This document shows, piece by piece, positions 41,915 to 48,915 of a stretch of DNA of 64,000 nt; the first letter of the stretch is position 1; each line of letters starts with the position of its first letter. The notes under the pieces were generated by a model that did no database searches, was not told the DNA's origin, and saw nothing but the letters and a program-made list of their open reading frames with translations. Location of the stretch: NCBI GenBank assembly GCA_937958875.1, contig CALGMJ010000016.1, forward strand, positions 306-64,305. The letters run 5' to 3'. This DNA is from an uncultured Verrucomicrobiales bacterium (GTDB lineage: Bacteria; Verrucomicrobiota; Verrucomicrobiia; Verrucomicrobiales; Akkermansiaceae). Position numbers and translations under genes: made by a program.

Positions 41915-42679
41915 ATGACTAAATTTCGTCCCTGTATCGATCTTCACGAAGGAAAGGTGAAGCAAATCATTGGCGGTACTCTCAATGATGAGGGTGCAGT
42001 AGAGAACTTTGTTTCTGAAAAATCTCCCCGCTGGTATGCGGAGAAGTTTCGAAATGATGAGCTCACTGGAGGGCATGTTATTCAGCTGGGGCCAGGAAAT
42101 GTAGAAGCGGCACGGGAAGCATTGGCGGAGTATCCAGATGGATTACAGATCGGAGGAGGGATCACGCTTGAAAATGCCTCGGAATGGATTGAGGCCGGCG
42201 CATCGCAGGTGATTGTGACTTCTTGGCTTTTTGATAAAGAGGGGAATTTTTTAGAAGATCGGCTCAGGGCGCTCAGTCATGAAATAGGCGCAGAGAAAAT
42301 CATTATCGATCTTAGCTGCCGAGCGGTTGAAAATGGGTGGAAAGTTGCCATGAATCGCTGGCAAACGATGACGAGCATGGCGGTGAACTTAAATACTCTC
42401 GATTCGCTGGCTGAATATTGTGCTGAGTTTTTGATTCATGCTGCAGATGTGGAGGGAAAGTGTGGCGGGGTGGATGAAGAGTTAGTTGCTCTTTTAGGTC
42501 AATGGCAAGGATGTGCGATTACCTATGCGGGTGGAGTGCGAGGACTGGAGGATATGGCTCTCATTGAAAAAGCCAGTCAAGGAAGGCTGGATGCGACGGT
42601 AGGTAGTGCTCTCGATCTTTTTGGCGGGAGTGGTGTTGCTTATGCGGATCTTTTAACTTGGAATCATCGTGATGTTTAA
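41915..42679 (+). CDS. hisA: ProFAR isomerase HisA, eukaryotic HIS6-type
   Basis: MTKFRPCIDLHEGKVKQIIGGTL...VIVTSWLF...FLIHAADVEGKCGG is nearly colinear with yeast His6 as I recall it. Confidence 0.9.
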   Translation: MTKFRPCIDLHEGKVKQIIGGTLNDEGAVENFVSEKSPRWYAEKFRNDELTGGHVIQLGPGNVEAAREALAEYPDGLQIGGGITLENASEWIEAGASQVIVTSWLFDKEGNFLEDRLRALSHEIGAEKIIIDLSCRAVENGWKVAMNRWQTMTSMAVNLNTLDSLAEYCAEFLIHAADVEGKCGGVDEELVALLGQWQGCAITYAGGVRGLEDMALIEKASQGRLDATVGSALDLFGGSGVAYADLLTWNHRDV

Positions 42680-43457
42680 TCTTCTCTGGTTTTTACCGCT
42701 CCTTTTTGGGCTGATATGGTTTTATGCTACACGTGGTCAGCGTGCTAGGGCTCAGCTTTTGAAAAAACGATTTTCAGAAGAAGATTGGCAGATTTTGAAA
42801 GAGCACGCACGTATTGTTACGAAAGCTCCCGCTTCTATTCGTTCGAAAATCGAGGGGCTTACGTATGTGTTAATTGCCGAGAAAAATTCTGAGTTCATTG
42901 GTGAATTTGATGATTCGGGTGATCAAATGCGACTGGTTACCATGGCCCAAGCAGCCTTGTTATTAGTGGGCAGGGATCATCAGTTTTTCCCCCGGCTACG
43001 TAGTGTCATTTTTTACCCAAATGCCTTCAAGGGTGGACGTGATGAGGAGTCGACTCGGCTAGGTGAAAGTTGGGGGTCGGGGAGTGTGGTTTTGTCCTGG
43101 CATAGTGTGTGTAAAGGGGGAGAGGATCATAAAGATGGTCATAATGTGGTGATCCATGAATTCGCACATCAGCTTGATCAGGAAACGGGATGGGGAGATG
43201 GAGTGCCGCTTTTGAATAAGAGGGGGGATTATGCGGAATGGTCCCGGATTTTTCAGGCTGATTACGAGGATTTCTGTGCTGAAGTCGATCGTGGGGAGCG
43301 CACGGTCCTAGATGACTACGGAGCGACGAATCCGGCTGAGTTTTTTGCTGTGGCCACTGAGACTTTCTTTGAGAAGGCAGATCAGCTTAAGGAGGTGAGA
43401 CCTAAACTCTATGAACAGCTGGAACGATATTACGGGCTTGATCCATCCAGTTGGTAG
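42669..43457 (+). CDS. M90 family zinc peptidase (MtfA-like) with an N-terminal TM helix
   Basis: HEFAHQLD zinc motif and NPAEFFAVATETFF, as in MtfA. Overlaps the hisA 3' end by 11 nt. Confidence 0.8.
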   Translation: MMFNLLWFLPLLFGLIWFYATRGQRARAQLLKKRFSEEDWQILKEHARIVTKAPASIRSKIEGLTYVLIAEKNSEFIGEFDDSGDQMRLVTMAQAALLLVGRDHQFFPRLRSVIFYPNAFKGGRDEESTRLGESWGSGSVVLSWHSVCKGGEDHKDGHNVVIHEFAHQLDQETGWGDGVPLLNKRGDYAEWSRIFQADYEDFCAEVDRGERTVLDDYGATNPAEFFAVATETFFEKADQLKEVRPKLYEQLERYYGLDPSSW

Positions 43458-43460
43458 GCA

Positions 43461-43495
43461 GAAAAAAGCCGTTTCCCGGTATTCGAGAAACGGCT
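43461..43495 (-). terminator. rho-independent terminator of the HMA/Cys-repeat gene
   Basis: AGCCGTTTC/GAAACGGCT stem with an 11-nt loop and TTTTTT on the minus strand. Confidence 0.75.
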
Positions 43496-43518
43496 GAGAG
43501 AGAAAGAAGAGAGATGAT

Positions 43519-44370
43519 TTAGCTCTGAGGAGCTGTGGTCTCAACCTGTGCGACAGCGTCAGCAACTTTGAACTTGGTTGCATTAATAGCAGCCTTGATC
43601 TTGTTTGCGTCTGTCTTTGCAGGGTCGATTGTGAGAACGGCGTGTCCACTCGCGTGGCAGATCTTGTCGATTCCAACTACGCCTTCAGTCTTGGCGATCG
43701 CTTTTGTGAGAGTGTTTGCACACCCACCACAAGTGAGGCCAGTCACCTTGAAGCTGACTTCCTGCTCAGAAATAGTGATGCCAGATGCAGTTAATGCCTG
43801 CATTACTTCAGCTTCGGTGTTCTTGCTCCCATCATACTTGATGGCGTAGCAGCCGCTGCTAGCGCAGAGCTCTTTCATTTTAGATCTCTCGAACTTAGCG
43901 AGAGTGCTGGTGAGAGCTGTCTTAAGATCAGTGCCTTCGTTTGCGGCGAGGGTGACTTTGAGTTTTTTTGCTTCTGGGTAGCATTCGCCTTTAGAGCACT
44001 TTGATTTTGCGCATTCGCCCTTCATGCTGGCTGTTTTAGCGCACTCGCTTTTCGCACACTCGCCTTTAGCGGCGACGGTCTTGGAGCACTCACCCTTAGA
44101 GCACTCGCCTTTGGCCGCGACAGTCTTGGAGCACTCACCCTTAGAGCACTCACCCTTAGAGCACTCGCCTTTAGCAGCGACGGTCTTGGAGCATTCGCCC
44201 TTAGAGCACTCGCCTTTGGCAGCGACGGTCTTGGAGCATTCGCCTTTAGAGCATTCGGCCTTGGTAGCGCATTCTTTTTTGCCGCCTTCACAGGCGCCAC
44301 AGTGACCGAAGGAGAGGCCAGCAAAGGCCAATGCTACGGATAGAGTTAGGATCATTTTCATCAAATTCAA
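43519..44370 (-). CDS. secreted Cys-rich (KGECS)n repeat protein with a C-terminal heavy-metal-associated (HMA) domain
   Basis: Signal peptide, then 17 Cys at 5-residue spacing within aa 24-130. This is followed by a degenerate HMA-like fold and a canonical HMA domain with GLTCGGC. Confidence 0.8.
   Translation of the reverse strand: MNLMKMILTLSVALAFAGLSFGHCGACEGGKKECATKAECSKGECSKTVAAKGECSKGECSKTVAAKGECSKGECSKGECSKTVAAKGECSKGECSKTVAAKGECAKSECAKTASMKGECAKSKCSKGECYPEAKKLKVTLAANEGTDLKTALTSTLAKFERSKMKELCASSGCYAIKYDGSKNTEAEVMQALTASGITISEQEVSFKVTGLTCGGCANTLTKAIAKTEGVVGIDKICHASGHAVLTIDPAKTDANKIKAAINATKFKVADAVAQVETTAPQS
43981..44262 (-). repeat. in-frame tandem repeat (15-bp subunit, 45-bp higher-order unit) encoding KGECS / KGECSKGECSKTVAA
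   Basis: Directly visible repeats of GAGCACTCGCCTTTRGCNGCGACNGTCTTGGAGCAYTCNCCCTTA on the plus strand, with synonymous differences between copies. Confidence 0.9.
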
Positions 44371-44447
44371 CAGTTAGATTATGGATACAGCAAAGGTGCT
44401 GCGACTAAATATTCCTTGCCTTTTTCCGATGGCAAACAATTTCTTTA

Positions 44448-45344
44448 CTAATGTGATTTTGTCAATGCTACTGCCAGTGAGCCAGCAATGGCTAAAGTTG
44501 TTCCTATCGCTCTTCGTGGAGTGAAGCGTTCCTTGAGAAAGACGTAGGCCATCAAGATGACAAAAACCGTAGAGAGTTGATTGTAGATGGCTGCGCGGCC
44601 AGCGGGTAGATATTTGAAACCAGCAATCCAGCACAGTGAGGCTAAGAAAGGGCCAGTGATTCCCATGGGGATCATCGTTTTCCAAGTATCCGGCCGGTAA
44701 AATCCGGCCAGAAGTCCGGTGCGTAAAGTTCCCGGTGATCTTAAGAGTGCCCATATTAGCATAATCAGGGCGGCAATGAGGAAGCGTACTCCAGTAAGCC
44801 AGACGATGGATTGCTCACGATAAAGATCCCGCACCATGAGAATGCCGATAGCCATGAGAATATGTGCTGAAGCAGCTAAGATGATGCCGGTCCAGAGATC
44901 TCTTTTATTTTTGATCTCGCTTGTCATGGACGCGCCAACAAAAACTCCAGAGACGACAAGAGCACCGCCAATGAGTTCAAGAGGTGCCAGGACTTCTCCA
45001 AACATGAGATAGCCAACCAAAATAATGGCTGGAGAATAAGCGCAGTCCGCAAGCGCTTGCATACTAGCTCCGAGCCGATTCAATGCAGCTGCGATCATGG
45101 TATCTGCAATCGAGATGCCAATCACGGCGCTAATGCCGAGGCGAAAATACGCGTAGGTATCTAAGTTTTCCGGCCAGCCTTCGCGATTATAGGCAGCCAA
45201 AATAATGAGGCAGGCAAGGCCAATGCAGATCTTGAAAAAATTGAGAGGGAGAGGATCGACCTTTAATCCAGCTACCCGCATTAGAATGATCGAGAAGGAC
45301 CAGAAAAATGCAGAGCCGATGGCGTAGATATCTCCAGTATGCAT
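44448..45344 (-). CDS. EamA/DMT-family transporter
   Basis: About 10 hydrophobic helices in two EamA-like halves. Confidence 0.85.
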   Translation of the reverse strand: MHTGDIYAIGSAFFWSFSIILMRVAGLKVDPLPLNFFKICIGLACLIILAAYNREGWPENLDTYAYFRLGISAVIGISIADTMIAAALNRLGASMQALADCAYSPAIILVGYLMFGEVLAPLELIGGALVVSGVFVGASMTSEIKNKRDLWTGIILAASAHILMAIGILMVRDLYREQSIVWLTGVRFLIAALIMLIWALLRSPGTLRTGLLAGFYRPDTWKTMIPMGITGPFLASLCWIAGFKYLPAGRAAIYNQLSTVFVILMAYVFLKERFTPRRAIGTTLAIAGSLAVALTKSH

Positions 45345-45414
45345 GGGCTTAGGAATAAGGGGCTAGGGACTCTTTGAAGGTTGTTTACAGTGTTCCCTTG
45401 GTAAACTGCGATAG

Positions 45415-46635
45415 CTACGTCCGAAGAGTTAAGCCCGTGAGTTCTCTTTGCAATATTGCTAATCCTTTGACGATCTCTTGTTCAGAGACATTTAGCGGAG
45501 GTAGCAGGCGTAAAGTATCAGGGCCTGCGGGCACGGTGAGTAATCCTGCTTCGAGCAATTGTGCACAGAGGTAAATTGAAGCGACTTTTCCTTCAGGGAT
45601 AGCGAGTTTTTCGGAGTTGAGACCGATGCCTAATAAGAGACCATGGCCACGAATTTCAGTGATGGTAGGGGAGTCCCATGAGTTGATTTCTTCTCTGATT
45701 TGTTGCTCGCGCGCTTTAACATTTGTTACGAGATCTTCTTCGATGATGGTGTTGACGACTGCCTTAGCCGTTGCACAAGCGAGGGGATTTCCCCCATAAG
45801 TCGAGCCATGAGTGCCGGGGCCCAGGAGGTGGGCATGTTTTTGAGCGACATAGAAACAACCGATCGGAAAACCTCCGCCCATTCCCTTAGCCCAGGAAAT
45901 GCCATCGGCTTTGAAGCCCGGAAGAATTGCGTCATAACCATTGAGGTGTCCGGTTCTACCAAAGCCAGCTTGCACTTCGTCCATTAAAATAAGGATGTCT
46001 TTTTCGGCAGCTAGCACCGCTAGTCCTTCGAGGAATTCACGGGTTACGGAGTGCACGCCACCTTCTCCCTGGATGGGCTCGAGGAGAAAGGCGACGGTCT
46101 TTTCGGTGATACTTGCTTTGAGCGCTGCCAGATCGTTGAGTGGTGAATAGTGAAATCCGGGGAAGAGTGGCCCGAAACCATCGTGAATCTTACCTTGCGC
46201 CGTAGCAGACATGGCTCCGATGGTTCTACCGTGAAAGGATTGGTTAAAAGTAATGATTTCGTGCCGCCCACTTTCGACCCCGTATTTCCGAGCGAGCTTA
46301 ATCAGTCCGTCATTCGATTCCGCACCAGAGTTTGAAAAGAAAATCTGACCAGGCTCTCTGACGACTTTCTCCACGATCAATTCTGCGAGTTCTGCCTGCG
46401 GCTCGGTATAGTAGAGATTTGAGCAATGCATGAGTGTGTTCGCTTGCTCGGTAATAGCTTTTGTGAGCGCTGGATGGCAGTGCCCGAGCGAGCAGGTAGC
46501 GATGCCTGAACAGAAATCCAGATATTCGCGACCACTCTCATCCCATACGCTGCTTCCTTTTCCCCGCACGATTGTGAGTGGGAATCTGCCATAAGTCTGA
46601 AGGACGAATTTGTGGTTTTTTTCAATAGTGGTCAT
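45415..46635 (-). CDS. argD: acetylornithine aminotransferase (class III PLP aminotransferase)
   Basis: YGRFPLTIVRGKGSSVWDESGREYLDF.SGIA...LGHCHP, and DEVQAGFGRTG as the PLP-lysine region context. Start at the internal Met, overlapping the upstream stop (ATGA). Confidence 0.88.
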   Translation of the reverse strand: MTTIEKNHKFVLQTYGRFPLTIVRGKGSSVWDESGREYLDFCSGIATCSLGHCHPALTKAITEQANTLMHCSNLYYTEPQAELAELIVEKVVREPGQIFFSNSGAESNDGLIKLARKYGVESGRHEIITFNQSFHGRTIGAMSATAQGKIHDGFGPLFPGFHYSPLNDLAALKASITEKTVAFLLEPIQGEGGVHSVTREFLEGLAVLAAEKDILILMDEVQAGFGRTGHLNGYDAILPGFKADGISWAKGMGGGFPIGCFYVAQKHAHLLGPGTHGSTYGGNPLACATAKAVVNTIIEEDLVTNVKAREQQIREEINSWDSPTITEIRGHGLLLGIGLNSEKLAIPEGKVASIYLCAQLLEAGLLTVPAGPDTLRLLPPLNVSEQEIVKGLAILQRELTGLTLRT

Positions 46636-47534
46636 GAATTTGTGGGTTGAGGTGATGCCACGAGGGCGGTTTTTTTGGAAGTCTCTCGAGCGACCATCGC
46701 GGTGGAGAGAAGAGTGAGGATGCCGCCGCAGATTTCTATCAGCACAAAATGCTCTTGGAAGAGAAACCAAGATCCTGCCGCAGTAATGATGGGCAGCAGC
46801 ATTTGTAGAGAGGATCCCTTAGCCACCTCAAGGAGACGATAGGCGAAGGTCATGGTGAGCTGGGCGATGGCAGAGGCGATTCCGACTAGAAACATGAGCG
46901 TTATGAGCGAGAAATCAGGCAGAACTGGCTCTGAGAGCGCCATCGGCAAGACGAAGAGGCTCCCGAAAACGGCCTGGCTGGCAAAGATAGTCGAGCTATG
47001 TTCCGTGTTGTGGAGGCTCCGAATAATGACCACTACCGCCGCCGAGAGAACGGCAAGTGCGATGGCAATGAGATCGTAGGGAGAAATTCCATGGGTTAAC
47101 GCTTCTGGTCCCATGAAAATCACGAGTCCGATGAATCCCATGAAAATCCATAGTAATTTCCTCAGTCCTAGGGATTCTCCCAGAAACGCAGCAGCCATGA
47201 TCGCGGCAAAGATGGGGTAGGTGACATTGATCACCATCGCCCGCGCTGCTCCGAGTTCAATGATAGTGAGGTAAAAGAACGCTAAGGCGGTTCCGCCTAG
47301 AATACCCCGTATGATCAGCCGTGGGCGGGTCCAGAGTGATTTCCAGCGTAGTCCTTTTCCTGAGAAAAATAGGAGCACGACACAGATTCCCGAAATTCCC
47401 CTATAAAGAGTAATCTGCCAGATGCTGCATTGTGATGAATGCAGGGCAAGCCCCTTCGCTGCCAGAATATGGATGGCAAAGAAAAGGACAGAGGTCAGCA
47501 TCAGAGCGATGCCTTTTTTTTCAGATATGTTCAT
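46632..47534 (-). CDS. EamA/DMT-family transporter
   Basis: Ten predicted hydrophobic helices in two EamA-like halves. Start at the internal Met (MNISEKKG). Confidence 0.85.
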   Translation of the reverse strand: MNISEKKGIALMLTSVLFFAIHILAAKGLALHSSQCSIWQITLYRGISGICVVLLFFSGKGLRWKSLWTRPRLIIRGILGGTALAFFYLTIIELGAARAMVINVTYPIFAAIMAAAFLGESLGLRKLLWIFMGFIGLVIFMGPEALTHGISPYDLIAIALAVLSAAVVVIIRSLHNTEHSSTIFASQAVFGSLFVLPMALSEPVLPDFSLITLMFLVGIASAIAQLTMTFAYRLLEVAKGSSLQMLLPIITAAGSWFLFQEHFVLIEICGGILTLLSTAMVARETSKKTALVASPQPTNS

Positions 47535-47844
47535 GGAATGGCTGCGGTGAGTGGAGGCCACTGGCAGCGATCTGAAAGAAAAGAGAGATAAGATCATCAG
47601 AGACGCTGCTTAGAAATGGCGTCTCTGGAAGTGAACAAACAAGTGAGTGTGTCGAATCAATCCCCGGACGCCGAGATTAGCCAGAGGGCTACTCGTCGAA
47701 GGTTCTTAATTCGTATGGCTTGCTTCACAGGCAGACTTCTGAATAAGTCGGGGCGCGAAGTCAAGCTCTCGGAGGAAAAGGTGAACATTCACTGTTGATC
47801 TCTCGTCTTAAGCCCGCATTCTTAATTTTTCTTAAGTTTCTACT

Positions 47845-48915
47845 GTGTCAAAGTCACTCAACGTTATCATCGCCTGCGGAGGAACAGGCGGCCATTTGTT
47901 CCCCGGAATTGCAGTTGCCCAAGAGCTGAAGGCTCGGGGACATCAAGTTCTCCTTCTGATTTCTGAGAAGAAAGTCGATGCACAAGCTTCGGAAAAATAC
48001 ACCGACCTTCGTTTTGAAACGGTACCGATGATTGCCAAGCCATCGACTTTCTCTCCCAAGATGATCCCATTTCTCCTACGGGTTTGGAAAACGATCGCTC
48101 ACTGCGGAAAAATCATCGAACGGGAAAAGGCTGACGTAGTTCTTGGGATGGGTGGGTTCACATCGCTTCCGCCTGTTTATGCTGGGGCAAAAAAAGGACT
48201 GCGAACTTATGTTCACGATTCAAATGCAGTGCCGGGGCGCTCGAATTTACTCACTGCTAAAAAATGCACTAAGGTCCTCTTAGGGTTAAAAGAGGCAGCC
48301 TCTCATTTTCCTAATAGTGAGGTCGAGGTTACAGGCACTCCGGTTCGCGATGAACTTGAGAAATTACCAAGTAGAGAGGACGCTTGTAAGGTTTTCGGGC
48401 TGGATCCCAAGAAGCAGACTTTGCTTGTTATGGGCGGGAGTCAGGGCGCTCAGAAATTAAATGAGCTCGTGGCGGCGGGAAGTGAGGGCTCAGATTGGCA
48501 GGTTCTTCATCTAGCGGGGCAGGCTGACTTCGATCGTGTCAGTGAGCAGGTTAAAGGGCGGACAGGCTATAAGGTGCTCGCATTTTGTCAGGATATGCCA
48601 GCAGCTTATGCGGCTTCTGATTTCTGTATTGCCCGTTCTGGAGCATCCTCTCTGACTGAGCTTTCGCGGGCTGGTTTACCAGCTCTACTGGTGCCATTTC
48701 CATTCGCAGCTGATGACCATCAGACGGCGAATGCAGTGGTCTATGAGGAAGCAAATGCGGCTGTCCTGAGGCAGCAGAGCGAGCTTGAGGCATCGACTAT
48801 TTCAGAGATGCTTGTCGAATTGGATGAGGCTATTATTCAGGCCATGTCTTCTGCGATGCTGGATCTGGGAGTCCCTGATGCGGCGAAACAAATTGCAAAC
48901 GTTCTCGAGGGATGA
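47845..48915 (+). CDS. murG: undecaprenyldiphospho-muramoylpentapeptide beta-N-acetylglucosaminyltransferase
   Basis: IIACGGTGGHLFPGIAVAQEL is the N-terminal G-loop. GGSQGA and a C-terminal ...DDHQ..NA motif are present. GTG start. Confidence 0.93.
   Translation: MSKSLNVIIACGGTGGHLFPGIAVAQELKARGHQVLLLISEKKVDAQASEKYTDLRFETVPMIAKPSTFSPKMIPFLLRVWKTIAHCGKIIEREKADVVLGMGGFTSLPPVYAGAKKGLRTYVHDSNAVPGRSNLLTAKKCTKVLLGLKEAASHFPNSEVEVTGTPVRDELEKLPSREDACKVFGLDPKKQTLLVMGGSQGAQKLNELVAAGSEGSDWQVLHLAGQADFDRVSEQVKGRTGYKVLAFCQDMPAAYAASDFCIARSGASSLTELSRAGLPALLVPFPFAADDHQTANAVVYEEANAAVLRQQSELEASTISEMLVELDEAIIQAMSSAMLDLGVPDAAKQIANVLEG

Noticed and set aside
44022-44324. ORFs of 93-100 aa on both strands within the KGECS repeat (for example HSPLEHSPLAATVLE repeats)
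   Set aside because: They are by-products of the tandem repeat read in other frames. Only the frame with a signal peptide and an HMA domain makes biological sense.
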